A DNA stretch of 64,000 nucleotides. It comes from an uncultured Candidatus Poseidoniales archaeon. Its GTDB lineage: Archaea > Thermoplasmatota > Poseidoniia > Poseidoniales > Thalassarchaeaceae. The notes beneath the pieces were generated by a model. That model had not been told where the DNA came from. It saw only the letters and a program-made list of their open reading frames with translations, and made no database searches. A program made the position numbers and the translations under genes. Below, in pieces: positions 1 through 8,716 of this stretch (its first letter is position 1; each line of letters opens with the position of its first letter). The DNA lies in contig CAWVWT010000003.1 of NCBI GenBank assembly GCA_963934015.1, forward strand, positions 28,354 to 92,353, given 5' to 3'.

Positions 1-770
1 GTGTAGATGGCCCCTGCTCCACCGAATCATCCTCGATATATTCCGTTTACACTGGTGCTGTAGGTGACCATGAACCTGGACAGATTATCGTTGAAGATGG
101 CGATATTCACTTGCCTTGGCGCACACCCTCACGTAATGCGTCCGCGTACGGAATGCTTGACCCTGTAATACAATCAGGGGCTGTAGGCAGTTATTTCCCG
201 GCCAATCAACCAGCAATGGCGAATTTGGGTGGGTATACGGTAGCCACCAGTGAAGTGATTGGCAAAGACTCAGTGTATGGCATTGAGACACAACATCACC
301 GCTTCACTATCGACCCACTTGAAAATCCGATTCAGGCCAAATTGATCAACGCTGAGAGTATTTTGGATATTTTCCCCGGGGCCCTCCCAGTCTACTTTGG
401 AGGGACAGTTGACATGCAGATGGAACCCAATGTCAATGCTGCAATCGCAGGTGATATGAATTCATATTTCTATCTCGATACACGCGGAATTGGTGCGGTT
501 AATCCAACGGTGGAAGACCTTCAACCGGTATTCCAAATTTCACAAACCTCTTCAATGACTGAAGAACAATCTGTAGCGTTCAAGGACGCTGTGATTACCA
601 ACACCCAGCCGTACAGTTATTGGACAAACTTCGATGGGGGGGATGCAATGTTCATCGATGAAATTACTTTGCTCATTTGGGTTCTTGGCATCGTATCACT
701 GCTCGGCTGTTCTGTGACTGCAAAGTTGGGTCCAAAGGACGAACGTGAAGATCACTTCGAAGAAGAGTGA
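1..770 (+). CDS. C-terminal part of a larger secreted/surface protein with a C-terminal TM anchor (5' end outside window)
   Basis: Frame 3 is open from nt 3 to the stop at 768-770, so the TTG at 111 in the ORF track is probably internal. A hydrophobic helix ITLLIWVLGIVSLLGCSV is followed by the charged tail KDEREDHFEEE. No catalytic motif recognised. Confidence 0.55.
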   Translation, partial: VDGPCSTESSSIYSVYTGAVGDHEPGQIIVEDGDIHLPWRTPSRNASAYGMLDPVIQSGAVGSYFPANQPAMANLGGYTVATSEVIGKDSVYGIETQHHRFTIDPLENPIQAKLINAESILDIFPGALPVYFGGTVDMQMEPNVNAAIAGDMNSYFYLDTRGIGAVNPTVEDLQPVFQISQTSSMTEEQSVAFKDAVITNTQPYSYWTNFDGGDAMFIDEITLLIWVLGIVSLLGCSVTAKLGPKDEREDHFEEE

Positions 771-771
771 T

Positions 772-1452
772 TCACTCTTGCCCGACCAACCATCTCATGA
801 TGGTGGCTTCGGCGTTGTGCAAGTGTTCTCCAAGCGTAGATCTTGCCATGTCCAGACGCTCAGACATCTGGCGCATTGACACACCCTTCGGATCGTCATA
901 GTAGCCCCATTGAACTGCAGCCTGCACAACTTCCCATTGGCGTTCACCCAGTAAGTCACGGGGCCAATTTTCGACTTCTGCTTCATTCACGACCTTGACA
1001 CTATTGGGCGGCATGACTTCATTTACCAATGCAAGGAATTTACTGATACCACTCGGTACTCCCCGAAGTGAAATTGAGATGCCATCATCTGTCACTGAGT
1101 AGGGGGGGAGAACTGCAATATCGGGGAAGTCAATGCTTGCAATTGCTAAAGGATGAGAATTGAATATGACAATGGGGGTGTTGCCATTTTCTCCATGCAA
1201 GGTTGTTTCAAAGGTCAAATACTCTGAATTGGAAAGATCTTCTGGCCCAAAACCCTCTCGGAAATCGCAGCGAACCAATGCTCGAACCCCCTTTTTTGAA
1301 ATAGAGAGGTGGGCGACAACCTCCACCTTAGAACAAGGAATTAACAGATCATTCAATCCCGAAACAGCCATTCTGGTTGGATTCCAATGGATGTGAACAA
1401 CTTGCATAAAAAAATGGGATGCTACAAGGCATAATGAAGTATGCCCCGCCAT
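772..1452 (-). CDS. HTH_10 (bacterio-opsin activator-type) DNA-binding regulator
   Basis: The C-terminus LGERQWEVVQAAVQWGYYDDPKGVSMRQMSERLDMARSTLGEHLHNAEATIM matches the archaeal Bat/HTH_10 pattern (LTxRQxEvL..A...GYy..PR....eLAe.Lgis..T...HLR.AE.K). A GGTGA Shine-Dalgarno motif lies 3 nt upstream of the ATG at 1452. Confidence 0.7.
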   Translation of the reverse strand: MAGHTSLCLVASHFFMQVVHIHWNPTRMAVSGLNDLLIPCSKVEVVAHLSISKKGVRALVRCDFREGFGPEDLSNSEYLTFETTLHGENGNTPIVIFNSHPLAIASIDFPDIAVLPPYSVTDDGISISLRGVPSGISKFLALVNEVMPPNSVKVVNEAEVENWPRDLLGERQWEVVQAAVQWGYYDDPKGVSMRQMSERLDMARSTLGEHLHNAEATIMRWLVGQE

Positions 1453-1527
1453 ACTTCACCAGCGATTATTTCGCATTGGCCGGAAAATGCATTATGTGGT
1501 CGATTGGAAAGCAATCGGAGATTGAGT

Positions 1528-2355
1528 TTAATCTCTCCACGTTGGTGAAGCCGGCTCAACACCCTTGACTTCAGCAATGATTTGTGCTAGGACTGCAACA
1601 GCAATTTCTTGTGGGGATTCGGCTCCGATACTGACGCCGATGGGGCAAATCACGGTGTCGAGGGTATCCCGTGGAATTCCCGAATTGAGGACGCTTTTCT
1701 CAAAAGATTTCCACTTCGATTTAGAACCGATACAGCCGATTGTTGGTCGCCCTTCAGTGCGTTCGAGTAAACCGATTAGAAGTGCCTCATCAATGGCCCA
1801 ATCATGCCCTAGCAGGAGGATATGTGAGAAGCGGGCGAGAGATTCAGTTGTTTCGCGCGCAAGGAATTCACCAGGCTGTGAAGTGATACATTCCTCGGCA
1901 TCAGGCCACAATTCCTCGGATGCATATTCGGGACGGGTATCTAGGACAGATACAGACCAACCTAGGGGTGCGCTTGCATCCGCAATTGCTTGTGCACAAT
2001 GGCCACCACCTGCGAGCAAGATGTGTGGCATTGGTTGGATGACTTCCATCGCTACCGTAAGAATTCCTCCACACAAACTGTTCAAGGGTGTCCCAGCACC
2101 CCCTGTTGCTTCTTTCTGCAATTGATAGGTCTCAATTCGCCCTTCGCAGGTGACTAGAATTTCGCGTAAATGGTTCATTACTTTCATCTCAAGTCCAGCG
2201 CCACCGACAGTCCCGTAAACTTCAGATTCAGTCACCGCCATGTGTGCCCCTGGCTTCCCGGGGACACTGCCTTGTGCGGTGATGACACTGGCCATTGCGA
2301 CAGCCTCCCCTTCGCGTAAACGAGCTGTAACCCATTCCAGCACCCGTTGTGTCAT
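1528..2355 (-). CDS. XdhC/CoxI-family molybdoenzyme maturation (accessory) protein
   Basis: The N-terminal XdhC_CoxI-like segment (VAMASVITAQGSVPGKPGAHMAV ... GTVGGAGLE) and the C-terminal Rossmann-like segment (ILLAGGGHCAQAIADAS ... IGCIGSKSK ... ICPIGVSIGAESPQEIAVAVLAQII) are typical of XdhC. Confidence 0.8.
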   Translation of the reverse strand: MTQRVLEWVTARLREGEAVAMASVITAQGSVPGKPGAHMAVTESEVYGTVGGAGLEMKVMNHLREILVTCEGRIETYQLQKEATGGAGTPLNSLCGGILTVAMEVIQPMPHILLAGGGHCAQAIADASAPLGWSVSVLDTRPEYASEELWPDAEECITSQPGEFLARETTESLARFSHILLLGHDWAIDEALLIGLLERTEGRPTIGCIGSKSKWKSFEKSVLNSGIPRDTLDTVICPIGVSIGAESPQEIAVAVLAQIIAEVKGVEPASPTWRD

Positions 2356-2442
2356 GGGTATCCCATGGGGGTGGAGAATTTGAGGAAACCGCTAGCGTCG
2401 TTCCGAACCAACGCTTATTGATTCGACTGTGACCCCCGAATC

Positions 2443-3633
2443 ATGGCCACAGTCCACGATGTTGTGGAAATCGTGGTCACAAGTATGCGGGATGCCTTTC
2501 TGGCCGTGACGGTTTTCGTTGCAGCCATGGTTTTACTCTTCAGTTGGTTACAATATGTGACCAGTGGGCGGTTCGTCGAGTATATTCAGAACCAAAAGAA
2601 ATTACAGCCAGTTATTGGAGCATTGATGGGTTTGACACCCGGTTGTGGAGGGGCGATCGTCGTTATGCCAATGTATGCACGTGGTTATGTTTCATACGGT
2701 ACAGTGGTTGCGACATTAATCGCAACACTAGGTGATTCTGCGTTTGTTTTGATTGGTGCTGCTGTTGCCGATTCCAGTTTCATTGCACCTTTGCTTGTGA
2801 TACACATAATCTCCTTCACTGTAGGAGTCACATGGGGATATTTGATTGACTTTACAGGCACCACACCTCGTAAACCACTGGGTCGATTTGGTCCCTCATT
2901 TAGTGGTGAAGACCCCTCGTTTAAATCAGGTGGAGAATCACCATTGGATGATCTTCCACGAGAGATTCCAGAGGGACTCGGTTACAAAATTCTGCACCAG
3001 GGCTATTTGTTGTGGTGGGTGGTGACATTGATTGGTCTAATTGCCGCAATACTTCTTTTGGTTTGGGCTGGACAAGATGCAGATTTCAGTTTAGAATTGG
3101 CCTACAATCCTTTGACTCTAAACGGTTTTATTACTTGGATAGGGCTCTTAGGATCTACACTTTCCATCATACTCTATATCTCTCAGAAGAACTGGTTTGC
3201 AGATGACACTGAAGCGACGATTGGTGACAAGTTACACTCGATGCGGGAGACCATGATCCACGCTGCTAGCGAAACTGCATTTGTGACATTCTGGGTGATG
3301 ATTGCATATTTAGTGTTTGAATTCGCTTTGTTATTCAGCGGTCTCACTGAACAGGATATGGCCAAGTATGGAGATGGATTTGTTGCGGTTACCATCGCTG
3401 CAACTATCGGCCTGATACCCGGGTGTGGTCCACAGATTATCGCAATTACCGCCTACACGAAGGAAATAATTTCTTTCCCAGCATTGGCAGCCAACGCGAT
3501 CAGCCAAGATGGAGATGCACTGTTCCCTCTCTTGGTTCGTCATAAGGCGGCTAGTTTGTGGGCTACAGTTCATACCACGATTCCCGCTTTGATTACGGGG
3601 ATTATTTTGCTGCTCGGCGGAGTCGATTTCTGA
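2443..3633 (+). CDS. Multi-pass permease, ArsP_2-like / putative Mn or heavy-metal transporter family
   Basis: About 10 predicted TM helices. It has a duplicated signature TPGCGGAIVVMP ... IPGCGPQIIAITAY, as I recall for the 10-TM putative metal exporter family. The family assignment is from memory only. Confidence 0.5.
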   Translation: MATVHDVVEIVVTSMRDAFLAVTVFVAAMVLLFSWLQYVTSGRFVEYIQNQKKLQPVIGALMGLTPGCGGAIVVMPMYARGYVSYGTVVATLIATLGDSAFVLIGAAVADSSFIAPLLVIHIISFTVGVTWGYLIDFTGTTPRKPLGRFGPSFSGEDPSFKSGGESPLDDLPREIPEGLGYKILHQGYLLWWVVTLIGLIAAILLLVWAGQDADFSLELAYNPLTLNGFITWIGLLGSTLSIILYISQKNWFADDTEATIGDKLHSMRETMIHAASETAFVTFWVMIAYLVFEFALLFSGLTEQDMAKYGDGFVAVTIAATIGLIPGCGPQIIAITAYTKEIISFPALAANAISQDGDALFPLLVRHKAASLWATVHTTIPALITGIILLLGGVDF

Positions 3634-3634
3634 A

Positions 3635-6600
3635 TCAGGTTTCCCACTTGGTCCACGATGAACTTTCATTGGTTCGATACCATTTTTCATCACCTTGATC
3701 AACCCATTCATATCCCTTCCCATCATCAATGATTTCAGCATCTTCAGGGGGTTGCATACCCAATTCTTCTTCAGTATAGTCAGTTTGATCTGGTGATGTC
3801 ACAACGGGTTCCATGTCATCATCATCCCCCGTCAATTTCGCCTCACTCATTTCGATCTCATCGTCTAGTTCAGCTCGCACACGTTCGAGACGAATTCCCT
3901 GATGCGGGCCAATCAATCGGATCATCAAGGCCCGTTCATATTCGGTGGCAACCTCTTCCAATTCCCCACGTGTATTCGCTGTCCTCATCCGTTTTTCGAA
4001 AATCTCAGTGCGACCATTGCGTGTGACAAATCCAAAGATTAACCAGGAGGCCAAAGGTACACCTGCGAAAACACCCATCAAATCCCAAGCACTCAATACA
4101 ATATTGTCTGTAATGCGTACTCCAAAGTCCTCCTGAGGGTATGAATTGGGGTCGTACATATCTGTTCCTTCACGCATTTCCGTCCAATCATCCCAATTGT
4201 CATTATCGTCATCGATGTCGACATTGTCACCATCCCCATCACCGTCCCAATCTGCCCATTCAGTGATGTCATTTGGAAATGCATCCAGATCATCTAGCCA
4301 TCCATCATTATCTCTGTCACCCGGTGTTGGATACAATGGCAACGGGTCGATACTGTTGTTGTAACCGTCATTGTCACTGTCGAAGGGGTAAGGATCTGAG
4401 TTGTTTCCGTTCGGATTGTCACCCAATCCATCATTGTCTTCGTCAATCCACTGAGTAGAGTCGAAGGGAAAAGCATCCGCCATGCTTCCACTCGGATTGT
4501 CTCCATGTCTATCTCCATCCGAATCCTGCCATTGTGTGGGGTCTAAGGGGAAGGCATCGGGCATATTCCCATTCGGATTGTCACCGTATCCATCTCCGTC
4601 AACATCGGACCATTGGGTTTCATCGTCTACGAACTTATCTGCATTCGCCCCCATCGGGTTGTTTCCAAACCCATCACTGTCTGAGTCTTGCCATTGTGAG
4701 GGGTTGTAGGGGAATGCATCCAGTTCATCTTCGATTCCATCTTCATCGGTATCTTGCCACAATTCTGGGTCGTTCGGGAATCTATCGTTGATGTCACTGA
4801 CACCATCTCCATCTGAATCTACACAGCCGAAGTAATCGACAACAGAGGTGCCGAACACGTCAGGACAACCGTCTGGGAAATTACCGAACGGGTAGTCACC
4901 AAAACCATCGCGGTCTGAGTCAAGAGTCTGAGTGGGGTCATAGGGGAATGCGTCTGAATTGTTTCCAATTCCATCTCCATCCGAATCTTCCCACTCGTTC
5001 AGATCTTCAGGAAATGGATCTTTCACATCAGCTCTCCCATCTCCATCAGAATCGGGGCACCCTTCCTCATAGTCATACGTTGAATTTCCAAATTCCCTCG
5101 GACAGAGATCCATGTAATCTTCAAACCCATCATTGTCATCGTCATAATCTTCGATAGCATCCAAACAACCGTCCATGTCGATGTCTGTTGTATTGCTGGG
5201 TATCCAACCGGTTAAGCCTCTCGGACAAGCATCATTTGCATCGGGAATCCCATCTCCATCATCATCCAAATCCTCATCTGAATCCCGACACCCATCTCCA
5301 TCACGGTCGGTGGAGGCAAGAGATTGGAAACCAAAGGGAGAGGGATTGCAACCATCGAAAGCATCGAGAATGAAATCTCCATCGTCATCGAAATCCAATG
5401 AATCTGGCACGGAGTCTTGGTCATAATCACTTGACATCTTTGCCACGAAGGCATCGAATCCCCCACTGGTGGCTAAATCCACATTGCCAAATGAAATTGT
5501 ATTTTGGAAGAAGTAACCTGAGACGTAGAGATTACCTTGGACATCCGTGTCGATTGCAAGCCCTTCGTCATCACTTCCACTGGATGCCTTCGTAGCCCAG
5601 CCCCATGTTCCATTGGTGTCGATTTTTGCCACGAACACATCCTTGTTTCCATTGCTAGTCAAGGTAGTACTACCAAAGGAAATCGTGCCTCCAAATCCAC
5701 CAGTCACCAGCAAATCACCATTCGAATTGAGAGTCAACGCTTCACCGGCGTTAACACTGCTACTGCTCGCCCTTGAGGCCCATTCCCAGACCATTGTACT
5801 ACCTTGATCGGACGCTTTAACGACAAATGTATCGCTACTACCACCGGCTCCATAGCTGATATTGCCTACAGTAAATGTACTGTAGAAATATCCGGACGCA
5901 TACACACCACCCTGCGAATCCACATCGATTGAATTTCCGGTATCGTCACTGCCACCACCCATGGATTCAGACCAAATCCAATTTCCTTGGGGTGACACCT
6001 TAGCGAGGAACGCATCCCTTCCACTCTGGCTAGTCAGAGAATTGCTACCAAATGCCGAGGTGAATTGGTAATAACCTGTGATGAATACATCCCCATTGGG
6101 TCCAATTGCGATTGAATTCGCATGGTCAACACCTTGTGTACCACCTGCCATCGTTGCCCATTGCCAATTGCCCCAAGTGTCAATTTTTGCGACGAAGATA
6201 TCATCCATTCCAGCCCAAGTCAAGGTAGTTGAATCAAAATCGATATCTCGTTGGAAAAATCCAGTCAAATATGCGTAACCGTTCGAATCAACAGCAACAG
6301 ATGTAGCGCAGTCATCAGTTCCACTTGGGTGACTATCGGCTCCATTGACCCATTGCCACACTCCATTTGATGAAATTTTTGCAACAAACAGATCGCCTGC
6401 ATTACCTGCCGATGTCATACTGTCCAAACCAAACTGTGCAGTATCATGAAAATTACCGGCAATGAATGCATTGCCTGAAGAATCTAATGCAACACTCATG
6501 CCAACATCATTACCTGCACCTCCAGCATTAACTGCCCACAACCAATGACCAGTACTGTTCATTTTAGCCACGAAGATATCATCGTTCCCAAAACTTGCCA

Positions 6601-6886
6601 AAATGGTGTCTCCAAAAGTTGCTGTTGATTCAAATGATCCAGTAACATAGACATCTCCATTGGAGTGTACAGCGATATCGTTACTGCGATCATCTCCACT
6701 CGACCCCCCTGCTTTGTGTGCCCATTCCCAGGCCAGCATCCCCATCGAGGTTGATATCCCAGAACTTTCTGAAATGGCTGAATCATCTTGTTCGAGTTGA
6801 TTATTTGTGCTAACGGGGATGGTTGTTGGTAGAACCATGAAGATGAGCAAGGCAGCGCAAAATATAGCAACCAAACCTCTCTTCAT
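3635..6886 (-). CDS. Giant surface protein: signal/anchor, SBBP-type beta-propeller repeats, thrombospondin type-3 Ca-binding repeats, TM helix, acidic cytoplasmic tail
   Basis: The ORF is open to a TTG at 6937. I prefer the ATG at 6886 because it gives the signal-like N-terminus MKRGLVAIFCAALLIFMVLP. Repeated units have the form GDVYVTGSF..T..FG......G..D.FVAK....G...W, followed by many DxDxDGxGD / DAFPxDPTQWxD units. The TM helix is WDLMGVFAGVPLASWLIFGFV, followed by a tail of about 130 aa. Confidence 0.8.
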   Translation of the reverse strand: MKRGLVAIFCAALLIFMVLPTTIPVSTNNQLEQDDSAISESSGISTSMGMLAWEWAHKAGGSSGDDRSNDIAVHSNGDVYVTGSFESTATFGDTILASFGNDDIFVAKMNSTGHWLWAVNAGGAGNDVGMSVALDSSGNAFIAGNFHDTAQFGLDSMTSAGNAGDLFVAKISSNGVWQWVNGADSHPSGTDDCATSVAVDSNGYAYLTGFFQRDIDFDSTTLTWAGMDDIFVAKIDTWGNWQWATMAGGTQGVDHANSIAIGPNGDVFITGYYQFTSAFGSNSLTSQSGRDAFLAKVSPQGNWIWSESMGGGSDDTGNSIDVDSQGGVYASGYFYSTFTVGNISYGAGGSSDTFVVKASDQGSTMVWEWASRASSSSVNAGEALTLNSNGDLLVTGGFGGTISFGSTTLTSNGNKDVFVAKIDTNGTWGWATKASSGSDDEGLAIDTDVQGNLYVSGYFFQNTISFGNVDLATSGGFDAFVAKMSSDYDQDSVPDSLDFDDDGDFILDAFDGCNPSPFGFQSLASTDRDGDGCRDSDEDLDDDGDGIPDANDACPRGLTGWIPSNTTDIDMDGCLDAIEDYDDDNDGFEDYMDLCPREFGNSTYDYEEGCPDSDGDGRADVKDPFPEDLNEWEDSDGDGIGNNSDAFPYDPTQTLDSDRDGFGDYPFGNFPDGCPDVFGTSVVDYFGCVDSDGDGVSDINDRFPNDPELWQDTDEDGIEDELDAFPYNPSQWQDSDSDGFGNNPMGANADKFVDDETQWSDVDGDGYGDNPNGNMPDAFPLDPTQWQDSDGDRHGDNPSGSMADAFPFDSTQWIDEDNDGLGDNPNGNNSDPYPFDSDNDGYNNSIDPLPLYPTPGDRDNDGWLDDLDAFPNDITEWADWDGDGDGDNVDIDDDNDNWDDWTEMREGTDMYDPNSYPQEDFGVRITDNIVLSAWDLMGVFAGVPLASWLIFGFVTRNGRTEIFEKRMRTANTRGELEEVATEYERALMIRLIGPHQGIRLERVRAELDDEIEMSEAKLTGDDDDMEPVVTSPDQTDYTEEELGMQPPEDAEIIDDGKGYEWVDQGDEKWYRTNESSSWTKWET
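4193..5425 (-). repeat. Array of thrombospondin type-3-like acidic Ca-binding repeats (coding repeat)
   Basis: DSDGDGIGNNSDAFPYDPTQ, DSDRDGFGDYP, DSDGDGVSDINDRFPNDPELWQD, DSDSDGFGNNP, DVDGDGYGDNPNGNMPDAFPLDPTQWQD, DSDGDRHGDNPSGSMADAFPFDSTQW, DEDNDGLGDNP and others, across residues about 505-915. Confidence 0.75.
5432..6742 (-). repeat. About 9 tandem beta-propeller (SBBP-like) sequence repeats inside the surface-protein gene
   Basis: The pattern (S/D)xGxxYxxGxFxxxxxFGxxxLTSxGxxDxFVAKxxxxGxWxWA recurs across residues about 66-502 of the 3635-6937 ORF. Confidence 0.7.
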
Positions 6887-6964
6887 TGGGCTATTCGGTA
6901 TTCCTGCTCCTCTTAAGCACAATCGGGGGATAACCAACGTAGAATCCGATTGTCAAACCCATTC

Positions 6965-7528
6965 TCAAATTGCGAGGTCCCTAAAGACCTCGATGTCTGC
7001 GGGGGTATCAAGATTCAAATGAAGGTGTAAATCATCCACTTCAAATCGCTCGGGTTGACATAATTCCCGTAGCGGTGTATCTGGTGTTGCGGCCCGAATT
7101 CGTGCAATATCATCTGGCATGAGCAATAGCGGGTGTCCGCCACGCCCATCCTTTGATGGACAAGCACAGGCATCCTTCTGTAGCAACATTTGCAGTGTGT
7201 TATCGGAAAACCCAGGACGGTCAACTGGTACTACAAGAAGTCGAAATGCGCGCGTGCCCCCTTTCGTATCGAGAATTTGCTTAAGGCCACACTGTAACGA
7301 ACCGGTTCGCCCCGCATCTGGATTGGGATTGATGACCACTGTTCGAGTTGACAATGCAAGTACAATATCAACACTAATTTCGGCCCTTGTGACGATAACC
7401 GGTTCCAATCCCACCGCCTCCAATCGTTCGATCAAGTGCTGGATGAGTGGTCGTCCGCCAATTTCTACGAGAGCTTTGGGTTGACCCAACCTAGCACTGG
7501 CCCCTGCGGCCAGAACAATGCATCTCAC
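6965..7528 (-). CDS. MobA/MocA-like nucleotidyltransferase (molybdenum cofactor cytidylyl/guanylyl-transferase family)
   Basis: The N-terminus MRCIVLAAGASARLGQPKALVEIGGRPLIQHLIERL is the NTP_transf_3 signature (LAAGxSxRxGxxK). Size is 187 aa. Confidence 0.75.
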   Translation of the reverse strand: MRCIVLAAGASARLGQPKALVEIGGRPLIQHLIERLEAVGLEPVIVTRAEISVDIVLALSTRTVVINPNPDAGRTGSLQCGLKQILDTKGGTRAFRLLVVPVDRPGFSDNTLQMLLQKDACACPSKDGRGGHPLLLMPDDIARIRAATPDTPLRELCQPERFEVDDLHLHLNLDTPADIEVFRDLAI

Positions 7529-7537
7529 AGTTTCACC

Positions 7538-8686
7538 TCAGAGATTGCGAGTTATTTCTCGACCGATGATCATTTGCTGAACTTGGGAAGAGCCTTCAAA
7601 AATTTGCATGACCTTAGCAGCCCGCATCAAACGTGCTACTGGGTATTCCTCTGAGTACCCATAACCGCCGAAGATTTGCACCGCATCTGTGGTAACCTCC
7701 ATGGCCGTATCCGCTGAGAATCGCTTAGCGTGCGCTGCACTTTCGGTATTGCGAATGCCATTATCTGATTCCCAAGCCGTCTTCCAAGTCAATGCACGAC
7801 TGGCTTCAATCTTGGTTTTCATATCGGCGAGCATGAATTGAATGGCTTGGTGCTGATGTAATTTCTTGCCAAATGTTTCCCGCTCATCTGCATATTGCAG
7901 TGCGTGCTCAAATGCGGCGCGACTGATTCCTGTCGCATGAGCGGCAATATTCGGGCGACTGAGGTCAAATGCAGTCATCGCATTGAACCAACCCTTGCCT
8001 TCAACACCTCCGACCAAATTGGCTGCAGGCACATGAACATCTTCGAAGTTGATTGAACGGGTGTCGCTGGCACGCTGTCCCATGTTTGTCTCTTTCTTGC
8101 CCAATGAAAGACCATCTGAACCGGCTTCAACAATGAACGCACTCATGCCCTTGTAACCAGCTGACTTGTCTGTGTAAGCCAGCACAAAGAACCAATCCGC
8201 CTTTCCAGCACCTGTAATCCACATTTTCGAGCCGTTGAGAATGTAAGCATCCCCATCCTTGACTGCAGTGGTTTGGATGCTTGCAACATCACTTCCTGCA
8301 CCAGGTTCAGTGACGGCGTATGCTGCAATCCGGGGCGCTTCGGTCAGCCGACCTAGATACTTCACCTTCTGTTCTTCAGTACCACCAGTGATGATCGGAG
8401 CGGCTGTGAGTCCATTGCTATAGGCTGATGTAGCGAAGCCCGGGTCGCCCCAAGCAAATTCTTCTTGGACGATGACTTCATCCATGGTCCCCATCCCCAT
8501 TCCACCGTAGGCTTCAGGGATGTGGAGATTCATCAGACCCAATTCATGTGCAGTCTCAATCGCTTTCAGTGGGAATTCACTATTTTCATCCCAATGCTTC
8601 GCCATCGGTCGAACGTTTTCGGCTGCAAACTCACGAGCAAGCTCCTGCAACATCTGTTGCTCTTCGGATAGTGTGAAGTCGACCAT
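7538..8686 (-). CDS. Acyl-CoA dehydrogenase
   Basis: 382 aa. Starts MVDFTLSEEQQMLQELAREFA, has the middle-domain motif AYAVTEPGAGSD, and the C-terminal IFGGYGYSEEYPVARLMRAAKVMQIFEGSSQVQ with the catalytic-Glu context (EG). Confidence 0.9.
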   Translation of the reverse strand: MVDFTLSEEQQMLQELAREFAAENVRPMAKHWDENSEFPLKAIETAHELGLMNLHIPEAYGGMGMGTMDEVIVQEEFAWGDPGFATSAYSNGLTAAPIITGGTEEQKVKYLGRLTEAPRIAAYAVTEPGAGSDVASIQTTAVKDGDAYILNGSKMWITGAGKADWFFVLAYTDKSAGYKGMSAFIVEAGSDGLSLGKKETNMGQRASDTRSINFEDVHVPAANLVGGVEGKGWFNAMTAFDLSRPNIAAHATGISRAAFEHALQYADERETFGKKLHQHQAIQFMLADMKTKIEASRALTWKTAWESDNGIRNTESAAHAKRFSADTAMEVTTDAVQIFGGYGYSEEYPVARLMRAAKVMQIFEGSSQVQQMIIGREITRNL

Positions 8687-8716
8687 GTACCTTCCACCCG
8701 TTTCCCAGTCTTAGCC

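Noticed and set aside
1565-2125. 186-aa plus-strand ORF inside xdhC
   Set aside because: It is antisense to a gene with clear XdhC motifs. It is Ser/Arg/Pro-rich with no features.
4093-5807. Dense set of 60-90-aa ORFs on both strands, plus repetitive DNA that could be mistaken for a CRISPR-like or satellite array
   Set aside because: The periodicity is at the protein level (thrombospondin type-3 DxDxDG repeats in one long minus-strand frame). The repeats are imperfect at the DNA level, have no spacer/repeat architecture, and lie inside a continuous ORF.
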